Positions 27,039 to 35,128 of a DNA stretch of 64,000 nucleotides are shown here, in pieces. Positions within the stretch are counted from its first letter, which is position 1; the number at the start of each line of letters is the position of its first letter. The stretch spans positions 32,001-96,000 of IMG/VR virus record IMGVR_UViG_3300036794_000053; one strand, given 5' to 3'. The notes beneath the pieces are model-generated. The model was not told the origin of the DNA. It ran no database searches and was given only the letters and a program-made list of their open reading frames with translations. Position numbers and translations under genes: made by a program. This DNA comes from a virus. Its lineage: Duplodnaviria; Caudoviricetes.

Positions 27039-27649
27039 GCACCACCCGCGCCCTGATGGCGGTCGCTCGGGCGTACGTCACTAAACGGGATTTGGCGCAG
27101 GATCGTGCTGTCGCCGCCGCGTTAGCGGTGTGGTTCGGCGCCCCCCCGACTGATGCGACGCAGCTACCGGAGTCGCTGATTTCCCTCCTGACCGGTTTAG
27201 GTGTGGGGGAGTCAGCGGCGATCGAGGTGGGCGCGTTGGCCGCCACCGCGCCGGTGTTGGGTCGTGGCCCGGATGGGTCGCCGGCGTGGCTGCGGCGGCA
27301 GCCGGCGGTGGAGCGGGTGGCCGCCGATGAGCCGATGCATCGGGCCCGGTATGTGCTGGCCGCCGCCCGCCGGGACTCGCCGCGCGAGCAGCAGTATTTC
27401 GCCGCGCATGTGGCGGCGGCGGTGAATCGGCGGGACGCGGCGCGGCGGATAGACGGCATGGGTAACCAGGTTTTGCGGTGGACGACCGTGGGTGATGACC
27501 GGGTTCATCCGGACTGTCGAAGGTTAGAGGGGCGGCTGTTCACGGCGACGAATCTGCCGGATGGCCTTGTGCCGGGCGGTGTTCGTGTCGGGTGCCGTTG
27601 CCGCGCGGTGCCGTGGGGCCGCCCGTTCTGGGCAATCAGCGAATTCTAG
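27035..27649 (+). CDS. MuF-like minor head protein
   Basis: WTTVGDDRVHPDCRRLEG...GCRCR. Confidence 0.75.
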   Translation: MSTTRALMAVARAYVTKRDLAQDRAVAAALAVWFGAPPTDATQLPESLISLLTGLGVGESAAIEVGALAATAPVLGRGPDGSPAWLRRQPAVERVAADEPMHRARYVLAAARRDSPREQQYFAAHVAAAVNRRDAARRIDGMGNQVLRWTTVGDDRVHPDCRRLEGRLFTATNLPDGLVPGGVRVGCRCRAVPWGRPFWAISEF

Positions 27650-27689
27650 CCGGGGCGCCGCCGGTCACGCACAGAAGGAATTAACACTT

Positions 27690-29468
27690 ATGAAAATGAC
27701 GTCGGTCTTTGCGCCGATCACGAAAAGTGTCGAGAATGACGACGGCACTATGTATGTGTATGGCAAGGCCACTGGCCCTGATTTGGACCTCGATCAGCAG
27801 CGGTGTGATGCTGAATGGTTGAAGACGGCAATGCCAGAATGGTTCCAGATCGGAAATATCCGTGAGCAGCACGACGGGAAACGCGCCGCCGGGAAAGCCG
27901 TCGAACACGACGTCCTCGAAGACGGCCACTACATCAAAGCCCACATTGTCGACCCCATCGCGGTCCTCAAAGTCAAAAACGACGTATACACCGGGCTGTC
28001 CATCGGGATCGGCCAGCCGCGGGTGGAGAAGTCCACCACCGCACCGAACGGCCTGATCAAAGGCGGCAAAATCTTCGAAGTCAGCCTTGTGGATCGGCCG
28101 GCGTTGCCGACCGCGACGTTCCGCATGTGCAAGACGGCGAAGCCGGGCATGGAAGTGTCCTCGGGCGACTTCGATTCCAGCCGCATGCTGGTCCGCTGCG
28201 GCGACTTCATCGAGAAAGCCCAAGATGAGGTTCCCGAGATGACGGTGAAACTCGGCGAAGCCCTCACCCAGGAGCAGAAGGACAAGTTCGATCAGCTCTT
28301 CGAACAACAGGATGAGGTGGACAAGGCCGCGATCCTCAAGGGGTTCAATCGGGACCAGGCTATCGACCTAGTCACCACAACCCTGGAAAAGGCGGAGAGC
28401 ACGGGCGTGACTGTTCCGCCGATTGCTCCACCGGAAGAGCTCGACGACATCATGGGCGCCAAGGCGGCTATTGCGTTGATTGCTCAGCTGATCCAGTCCG
28501 AAGCGGCCGACATGGTGTGCGCGCCGAACGAGGACTACGACATCGAGTTGCTGTTGCAGGCGGTCGGTGCGTTGCGGTGTTTCATTTGCCGCGAGAAAGG
28601 TGAGCCCGGCGGCGACGGCATGATCATGCTAGCCGCCGACTCTGAGTTGGGGAAGAAAGCGAAGTACAACGCCGAGCAGCTGCGGTCGATGTTGGCGTCG
28701 GGTAAAGCCATGAAAAACAAGAATGGTGACCCGTCCTATCCGATCGCCGACAAGGAAGACCTTCAGAACGCGATCCACGCGGTGGGTCGTGGTTCTGGTG
28801 ACCATGACGCGATCCGCGCCTATATCAAGCGCCGCGCGTCGGCGATTGGAGCTTCGAACATGATCCCTGAATCTTGGTCCAAGAACGTTGAGCCGGACCT
28901 CACTAAGGCGGTGCAGGATGGCGAGAGCGCGGAGGACACGAGCGCAGCGGCCGGTGAAGATGCGGGCGGCGAAACCAGCAAAAGCGTCAGCGGCACCGAA
29001 GTCGGTGAAGGCGCCGAAGTTGTCAAAGAAGCTTCGGACGGGGACGGAGAAGATGGCGCCGGCGCCGAAGCAGCAAAAGCCGTCGCGGTTGGCGCGGACT
29101 CCGAACCCGAACTGACGGTTGAGCTGGGTTCCCACAAGACCATTGAGGCTGTCCTGACTAAAGTTTTCACGGAGGATGACTCCGCGATCCATAAGAGCAT
29201 TAAGTCCATCGTTGAGGCTGCGCAGGAGTCCACCGCAAAGTCCATCAGTGATCTGGTGGAGCGGTTGGAGAAGGTGGAGCAGATGGGTGTTCCGGGTGGT
29301 CCGTCGCAGCGGCGGACCGAGGTTGAGCGCAGCGTCGCCCGGAAGCATGACCTCGAATCTGAGGTGGTGCGCTATAAGTCGCTGGCGATGAACACGCAGG
29401 ATCAGAAGCTTCGGAAGGGCTACACGGCGTTGGCCGCGAAGTTGGAAGCGGAGATCAATTCGCTGTAG
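27690..29468 (+). CDS. Prohead protease / scaffold fusion
   Basis: VYGKAT..DLDLD, NIREQH, GLSIG and EVSLVDRPA.P protease motifs, then a long acidic coiled-coil region. Confidence 0.85.
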   Translation: MKMTSVFAPITKSVENDDGTMYVYGKATGPDLDLDQQRCDAEWLKTAMPEWFQIGNIREQHDGKRAAGKAVEHDVLEDGHYIKAHIVDPIAVLKVKNDVYTGLSIGIGQPRVEKSTTAPNGLIKGGKIFEVSLVDRPALPTATFRMCKTAKPGMEVSSGDFDSSRMLVRCGDFIEKAQDEVPEMTVKLGEALTQEQKDKFDQLFEQQDEVDKAAILKGFNRDQAIDLVTTTLEKAESTGVTVPPIAPPEELDDIMGAKAAIALIAQLIQSEAADMVCAPNEDYDIELLLQAVGALRCFICREKGEPGGDGMIMLAADSELGKKAKYNAEQLRSMLASGKAMKNKNGDPSYPIADKEDLQNAIHAVGRGSGDHDAIRAYIKRRASAIGASNMIPESWSKNVEPDLTKAVQDGESAEDTSAAAGEDAGGETSKSVSGTEVGEGAEVVKEASDGDGEDGAGAEAAKAVAVGADSEPELTVELGSHKTIEAVLTKVFTEDDSAIHKSIKSIVEAAQESTAKSISDLVERLEKVEQMGVPGGPSQRRTEVERSVARKHDLESEVVRYKSLAMNTQDQKLRKGYTALAAKLEAEINSL

Positions 29469-29482
29469 TTACTAGTCACTTC

Positions 29483-29509
29483 AACCCCCGTTCACGCGGG
29501 GGTTTTTTC
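29483..29509 (+). terminator. Hairpin with T-tract immediately before the capsid gene
   Basis: aacccccg ttcacg cgggggtt tttt. Confidence 0.6.
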
Positions 29510-29525
29510 ATGTAAAGGATTGGTT

Positions 29526-31283
29526 ATGGCTGAAATGCCACCATCCGCGGGCGAAATGTTCGGCGACGCTGAGTCGCCGATGGAGGTCGCCCAGCGGTTC
29601 GAAGCCTATAAGGCTGAACTGAATAAAGCTATCGGGGCGCCTAAGCGCCCGCCGGGTCACCCGGCTTACTCCCAGCCGGACGAGGTCGAGTCTCTCACTA
29701 AGGCGCTCGGGTCGGATCAGATTTCGAAGGCGCTTTCCCCGGAGATCATTGACTCCGTTCGGAATGCGCTTGCCGAGTCGCAGCTGGGTAAGGAATGGAC
29801 CGCCGGTACTGGGTCTAACGCTAACCCGGTTCCGACCGGCTTGGTTGCTTTCGATCTGGAAGCCCCGGCGAAGCTGCTCGCGCCTCGCCCTACTCCGCTG
29901 CGGAATATGATTCCGCGTAACAAGGGCGTCGGTTTGGCGCACCGCTTCAAGGTCATCTCCGGTTTCACCGGCACTGGCACTGGCGGGGTGGGGACGTTCT
30001 TCCCCGGTATCACTGAGAGCGGTACGACCGCTTCTGGGACCACCCAGTTCAGTCAGGGCGGGTTCACTCCGCTGCGTGGCGCGACGATTAGCTACGCCGG
30101 TTACGACCAGGCTGTGAACTATAAGCAGTTCGGCGTGAGCGACGTGGTGAGTTGGGCCGCGCAGTATTCTGGGCAAGGCTACGAGGACGTTCGTCAGCTT
30201 TCCCAGACTGCCCTGTTGTGGTCTTCCATGCTGTTGGAAGAGCGCATGCTGTTGGGTGCTCGCGGTACCGATTCTGGTTTCTCTGGTGCGTTGGCCGCTC
30301 CTACTGGTGTGACGTTGACGGCGCGGGCCGCGACGGGCGCCGAGGTCGGTAACACCGCGGACATTGCGAACTTCTTCGTGTATGTCGTGGCTGTCGGCAT
30401 GTGGGGCAATGGGCCGGCGTCGAGTGTGGCGACCACTACCGGTTTGTCCGCCGCTACTGGCGACGTTGTGGACGTTGTGTTCAACGACGTGCCGGGTGCT
30501 TTGGGGTACCAGATTTTCGCGGGTACTACCACCGGTGTGGCTAACTCGTTCGCGGCGCAGATTTCCGGTGGCCAGTTGGCTGCCGCGCCCGGTGTGATTG
30601 GGGTTTCCCCAGCGGCTGGTACGTCCGCGGCGAAACTGACCATCAACTTCACCGGTGGCGGTACTGGTGGCGCTCCGAGCACTGGTTCGCAGCCGTCCGC
30701 GACGGATGGCAGCGCGTTCGCCACCGCCTATGACGGTGTGTTGAGTTACTGCACCGGCACGAGCTCCGGCTATGTCACTCGGGTCAACAACACCTTCGCC
30801 GGCGCGGACGGCGCGAATGTTGGGAACACCTTCAACAACGCCTACGCGAGCCTTTACGACTCGGTGAAAGCGGACCCGGATGAGATGTTGGCTAACGGCC
30901 ACGACCGTAAGCAGGTCAGCGACCAGCTGAAGAACGAAAGCTCCGCGTCCTACCGCATCGTGTTGGACAACGCGACGCAGGCACACAACGCGCAGATTGG
31001 TGCGTTGGTGACGGGGGTGCAGAACGAGGTCACCGGCAAGATGGTGAACCTCACCGTGCACCCATGGCTGCCGCAGGGCAACATCCCGATCATTTCGTGG
31101 ACGCTGCCGCTGCCGGACAGCAACATCTCCAACGTGTTCTCGGTGATCAACGTGACCGATTACCAGGGCATTTCTTGGCCAGTGGTGCAGTACCTCTACG
31201 AGACCAGCTCGTATTGGTACGGGACAATGGTATGTTATGCGCCCGCGTGGTGCGGCGCGGTCCAGGGAATTTGGAAGGCGTAA
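29526..31283 (+). CDS. Major capsid protein with an inserted beta-rich domain
   Basis: Position after the protease; FDLEAPAKLL.P.PTPLRN.IPR..G.G; strongly biased codons. Confidence 0.8.
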   Translation: MAEMPPSAGEMFGDAESPMEVAQRFEAYKAELNKAIGAPKRPPGHPAYSQPDEVESLTKALGSDQISKALSPEIIDSVRNALAESQLGKEWTAGTGSNANPVPTGLVAFDLEAPAKLLAPRPTPLRNMIPRNKGVGLAHRFKVISGFTGTGTGGVGTFFPGITESGTTASGTTQFSQGGFTPLRGATISYAGYDQAVNYKQFGVSDVVSWAAQYSGQGYEDVRQLSQTALLWSSMLLEERMLLGARGTDSGFSGALAAPTGVTLTARAATGAEVGNTADIANFFVYVVAVGMWGNGPASSVATTTGLSAATGDVVDVVFNDVPGALGYQIFAGTTTGVANSFAAQISGGQLAAAPGVIGVSPAAGTSAAKLTINFTGGGTGGAPSTGSQPSATDGSAFATAYDGVLSYCTGTSSGYVTRVNNTFAGADGANVGNTFNNAYASLYDSVKADPDEMLANGHDRKQVSDQLKNESSASYRIVLDNATQAHNAQIGALVTGVQNEVTGKMVNLTVHPWLPQGNIPIISWTLPLPDSNISNVFSVINVTDYQGISWPVVQYLYETSSYWYGTMVCYAPAWCGAVQGIWKA

Positions 31284-31300
31284 GGGCTAGAAACCGCTAG

Positions 31301-31335
31301 GGAAGGCGCCAGAGTACCCAGCTGGCGCCTTCCCT
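31301..31335 (+). terminator. Hairpin after the capsid gene
   Basis: ggaaggcgccag...ctggcgccttcc. Confidence 0.6.
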
Positions 31336-31372
31336 GCGTCTTTCCCCTGTCCGCCTAAAGAGAGGTTTCCTG

Positions 31373-31591
31373 ATGATCGAAGAGACGCCGAAACGACCGC
31401 GTGGACGCCCACGTAAAGACGCACCACCCTACGTGTACCAGCCCGTTGAGCAGCCAAAACATGCCAAACCTGCGGGGCCGGTGGACCCGCGGATTGGTGA
31501 GGAAGTGGACGCGACAACGAAGTTCATCACTTTCCCCGACGGCGCCGAATACCGCGCCGAAAACGGTCGGCTTGTGGAGCGGGTGAACTGA
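31373..31591 (+). CDS. Small protein with an AT-hook-like RPRGRPRK motif
   Basis: GAGG RBS; TGATG coupling. Confidence 0.65.
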   Translation: MIEETPKRPRGRPRKDAPPYVYQPVEQPKHAKPAGPVDPRIGEEVDATTKFITFPDGAEYRAENGRLVERVN

Positions 31592-31845
31592 TGTCTCGAC
31601 TGCTGTCACCGGACGACAAGTGTGTTCAGGTTGATGTCCCGTTGGGGCGGAACCGGCGTTACAGCGGCCAGTTGATTGATGTGTCCGACCCGAGTCATGT
31701 CCGTGCTTTGCGGCTAGCCGGGTACACGGTCGCGGACACCGCCGGCGCACCCGCGAAAACGGGGGGGTTCGAATGTGCCAATTGTGGGTTCCACAGCTAC
31801 TTCCGTACCTGTTCACGGTGCGGCGGAATGTGTGAGCGCCCTTAA
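31591..31845 (+). CDS. Small Zn-ribbon protein
   Basis: CANCGF.SYF.TCSRCG. Confidence 0.7.
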   Translation: MSRLLSPDDKCVQVDVPLGRNRRYSGQLIDVSDPSHVRALRLAGYTVADTAGAPAKTGGFECANCGFHSYFRTCSRCGGMCERP

Positions 31846-31860
31846 CAGGAGGGGTGTGTT

Positions 31861-32736
31861 ATGACGGCCCCAACTATTCACCCCGTTTCCACCCAGGGTG
31901 TGTCGATCCCGTACATCACGGTGGACGAGTTGAAACGTTCCCCGGTGTACACCCAGTTGCAGAAGTTGGTGCCTCGTTCTTCCGAGGCGGATCGGGACGC
32001 CGAGCTGGCCGCGATCATCCGCCGCGCGTCGGCGATGATCAACGGTGAGGTGAATCAAAACCTGGCTGCCACCACCGACTATGAGGTGGGCCGGGTCGTC
32101 GCGGACGACTGGGGGAACATCCGCATCCACACTCGCGCGAACCCGATCATCGACGTGGTGTCGATATCGATCGGGCAGAACCCGGCGAGTCTGACCCCGG
32201 TCACCGATCTGTCCAGCGTCATTCTCGATCCGTGGCGGATCACTATTCCGTCGCACGGCTCGACGAACTGGTTTTGGTCGGGGAATCTTCCGCTGGGCCG
32301 GTTCAGCCCGGGTCGGTCGATGTGGGCGGAGTGGGTGTACACGAACGGCTACCCAGCGACCGCGTTGTCTGTCGACGCGAATGCCGGTGACACCACGATC
32401 ACGGTGAAGAACGCGACGGGGATTCTCCCGAACAGCACTTTGTTGACGATCGAGGACGGTAAGTACTTCGAGCAGCTGACCCCGACCGCGGTCACCGGGA
32501 ATGTGTTGACCATCCCAGCGTTGGAGTTCGCGCACTTGGCTGGTGTTGGTGTGTCGTCGTTGCCGGATGACATCAAGGAATGCGCGTTGCTGCTGTGTTC
32601 CCGGCTGCACGATACGTGGAGTTTGACGATGGGCGCGGTCAGTGTCGACGGCTCCGGCGCGCACAACAATTCGCCGCGGCCGAAGATCATGTGTGATGCA
32701 GCGGTGATCTTGGAACCGTATCGGCGGTGGTGGTGA
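31861..32736 (+). CDS. Head-to-tail adaptor
   Basis: YITVDELK, RAS..I and LPDDIKECALLL; position after the capsid. Confidence 0.7.
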   Translation: MTAPTIHPVSTQGVSIPYITVDELKRSPVYTQLQKLVPRSSEADRDAELAAIIRRASAMINGEVNQNLAATTDYEVGRVVADDWGNIRIHTRANPIIDVVSISIGQNPASLTPVTDLSSVILDPWRITIPSHGSTNWFWSGNLPLGRFSPGRSMWAEWVYTNGYPATALSVDANAGDTTITVKNATGILPNSTLLTIEDGKYFEQLTPTAVTGNVLTIPALEFAHLAGVGVSSLPDDIKECALLLCSRLHDTWSLTMGAVSVDGSGAHNNSPRPKIMCDAAVILEPYRRWW

Positions 32737-33131
32737 GCGGATACAACACCGTCCGGAAAGCGTTGGGTGCGGCGGTTCAGGAGTACGAGCCGGACATCAA
32801 CATCTACTACTACGTGCCGCGGACGTTGGTGCCGCCGGCGGTGATTGTGCAGCCGGCGCACCGGACGGTCAGCTATCTGCAAGGCCAGTCGTCGCGGTCA
32901 GCGGAGTGGCGTTTCAACGTGATGGTCATTGTTGGCCAGGTCAGTGAGGAAGGCGCCCAGGAAATGGCGGGCGAGCTGATCTCCCCCCGCTCCCTTCTGG
33001 TCGCGGCGTTGAACAACACGAAGTTGGAGAAAGGGTACGCGCAAGTCACCGACGGAACCGTGGCGGAAACCACGATCGGTGGCGGTGTCTACACCCACGT
33101 CCAGCTGTCCGTCTGCGCGTATTCCCCGTAA
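32727..33131 (+). CDS. Tail terminator / completion protein
   Basis: VP..LVPPAVIVQP; size and position. Confidence 0.6.
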   Translation: MVVSGYNTVRKALGAAVQEYEPDINIYYYVPRTLVPPAVIVQPAHRTVSYLQGQSSRSAEWRFNVMVIVGQVSEEGAQEMAGELISPRSLLVAALNNTKLEKGYAQVTDGTVAETTIGGGVYTHVQLSVCAYSP

Positions 33132-33187
33132 CCCTCCCCCCTTTCTCGGGGGTCTCTCTGTCGCCCCCCGAACAGGAAGGTGCTGCT

Positions 33188-33412
33188 GTGCCAGCAAAAC
33201 AGTATGTGGTGGTCCGTAGGTTCCGGCGCACTGATAAGCGCACCGGTGTCGACACCATCTATGTCCCGGAGAAGCCGTACACAGGGCCGGTCGATAAGCC
33301 GTACCTGTTGGACCCGAAAGGTCCAGACGGTAAAGGTCCGCTAATCGCCGAGGTGGCCGACTCCTCTAGCTCTCCCAGCCCCTCAGCTGGCGACTCCGGT
33401 AAGGAGAAATAA
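33188..33412 (+). CDS. Small virion-operon protein
   Basis: AGGAAGG RBS. Confidence 0.6.
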   Translation: MPAKQYVVVRRFRRTDKRTGVDTIYVPEKPYTGPVDKPYLLDPKGPDGKGPLIAEVADSSSSPSPSAGDSGKEK

Positions 33413-33414
33413 CA

Positions 33415-34194
33415 ATGGCGATTGACCTTATGCAGGTTACCGAATTTTATCCCGGCTATCAGGCACAGTGGGGCCTAGAGCAATACGTCTTCTCCGCGCA
33501 AGGCAACGATATTGAACACGGCCGGAAAGCGGACAAGATTGACGGCTCCGGTTTCGGTACTCGTGTCCGTAACTCGTTGCCTGGTATGCAGGACGGCTCT
33601 TTGAAGATTAAGGGCCTGGCGGCGATGGAGAAGGGGAAGCTGAACTGGCAGCTGAACCAGTGGTTCGGCCGGGTCACCCCGATCAATGCGTGGTATGCGC
33701 TGCAGGGATTGGCCGCTCTGTCCCCCATCACCTTGCAGCCAAGCTCCATCATCGACGCGTCGATCAGCGCGAAGTTGAAGGACGCGGTCGATTTCTCGCT
33801 TGAGCTCGACGCGCGCGGCGCGTATGACGACGGGTTCATTCTGCTCTCCCCAGAGGTTCTGCTGACCGGTTCGTCCGGTACGGGTTCGCAGGACGTCAAC
33901 ACCCTGTATGGCGGGGCCACCACCACCGGTGGTGTGGGCCAGCTACACGTCCTGGCGTTTGACGGGGGTACGTCTCCGTCGGTGACGGTGACGATTGAAC
34001 ATTCGCCGGATGGTTCGTCCTGGACGAACCTGGTTTCTTTCCAGGCGCAGTCGGCGGTGGGTTCCCAGCGGATCACTCTGCCTTCCACGACCACCATTAA
34101 CCAGTATGTGCAGGCGACGTGGACGGCGACTGGTAGCCCAACGGATGTTCAGGTGCTGTGCGCCTATGCCCGTGGCGTCAACCTGGACGGCTAA
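33415..34194 (+). CDS. Major tail (tube) protein with C-terminal beta-sandwich
   Basis: Precedes the chaperones; FG.RVRNSLPGMQDGSL; VTIEHSPDGSSW domain. Confidence 0.75.
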   Translation: MAIDLMQVTEFYPGYQAQWGLEQYVFSAQGNDIEHGRKADKIDGSGFGTRVRNSLPGMQDGSLKIKGLAAMEKGKLNWQLNQWFGRVTPINAWYALQGLAALSPITLQPSSIIDASISAKLKDAVDFSLELDARGAYDDGFILLSPEVLLTGSSGTGSQDVNTLYGGATTTGGVGQLHVLAFDGGTSPSVTVTIEHSPDGSSWTNLVSFQAQSAVGSQRITLPSTTTINQYVQATWTATGSPTDVQVLCAYARGVNLDG

Positions 34195-34196
34195 TC

Positions 34197-34421
34197 ATGG
34201 GGTGGGAAGACGACCCGAACTGCCGCATCACTGTCACGTTGGACAGCGAAACGGAGGAGCTCGTCAAGAACCTTCTTGACCCGAAACGTCTCCCTGAACG
34301 ATGCCGCTGTTTCGTGAGGAAACACCCGGATTGTTGCGCACTGTGCCGGGCGAATAACTCCTGTCTCCTCATTCCTATGCATTTCCAATGCCGCTGCGTA
34401 CGCGTTTACGAATGTTTCTGA
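34197..34421 (+). CDS. Small Cys-rich protein
   Basis: DCCALC...PMHFQCRC. Confidence 0.6.
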   Translation: MGWEDDPNCRITVTLDSETEELVKNLLDPKRLPERCRCFVRKHPDCCALCRANNSCLLIPMHFQCRCVRVYECF

Positions 34422-34436
34422 AGGAGGATCTGTTTC

Positions 34437-34877
34437 ATGTCCGAGCACGCCGAGAAGGACATGTCCGTGGAGGACGACGATTTTGAGCTGATCACTAGCT
34501 CCCGTCTGTTGGGTTCCGCGCCGCCGCTCCGGAAGGAAGGGGTCACGTTGAAGGAGTGGCCCACTACTTCGGGGAAGGCGGCGCGGTTCCTGGAGTGGGA
34601 GTTGACGGCGGCCGAGTATGCGGAGTTCCTGGAAGAAGGCCGGGTGTACCGCGACGGTATCCTCAAACGGTACGACACGAAAGATGAGGACTTCCGTTTC
34701 CTGTCCCGCACTACACGTGACCCGAACAACAACCGCATCTGGACGTCGTTTGAGGCGGCGAAGCTGCAACTCGGCTCGATCGGCAAGAGCAGTGTGAACA
34801 TGCTGTTGGCGGCGGCGAACCGGGTGAACAGCGCGCGGGGCGCGGAGGGAAACTCCGAAGCAACCCCCACCGACTAA
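34437..34877 (+). CDS. Tail assembly chaperone (gpG-like)
   Basis: Lies between the major tail and TMP genes; contains in-frame G GGA AAC. Confidence 0.85.
   Translation: MSEHAEKDMSVEDDDFELITSSRLLGSAPPLRKEGVTLKEWPTTSGKAARFLEWELTAAEYAEFLEEGRVYRDGILKRYDTKDEDFRFLSRTTRDPNNNRIWTSFEAAKLQLGSIGKSSVNMLLAAANRVNSARGAEGNSEATPTD
34847..34853 (+). promoter_or_regulatory. Programmed -1 ribosomal frameshift site GGGAAAC
   Basis: X XXY YYZ heptamer; the -1 frame is open from 34847 to the stop at 35113. Confidence 0.85.
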
Positions 34878-35113
34878 TCGCGTTCGACTTCGCGTTCCAG
34901 TGGGGGTACACATCTCCGGACAAGATGCTGCGTGAGATGTCCCAGTCTGACTGGTTGGGGTGGTTGGAGTGGTTGGCGATACGGGGCCCGATCGGTGGTC
35001 CCCGTACCGACTTCTACACCTCCTTCGTGGCGATGCACGCCTCCCAGCCGCAGAAAGAGGTGTCGATCACCGCGTTCAAGATGCCGTGGATTAGAGAAGA
35101 AGACCTTCAGTAA
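34847..35113 (+). CDS. Frameshifted C-terminal part of the tail chaperone (gpT-like)
   Basis: GKLRSNPHRLIAFDFAFQWGYTSPDKMLREMSQSDWLGW... Confidence 0.8.
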   Translation, partial: GKLRSNPHRLIAFDFAFQWGYTSPDKMLREMSQSDWLGWLEWLAIRGPIGGPRTDFYTSFVAMHASQPQKEVSITAFKMPWIREEDLQ

Positions 35114-35128
35114 AGGCAGGGGACGATC

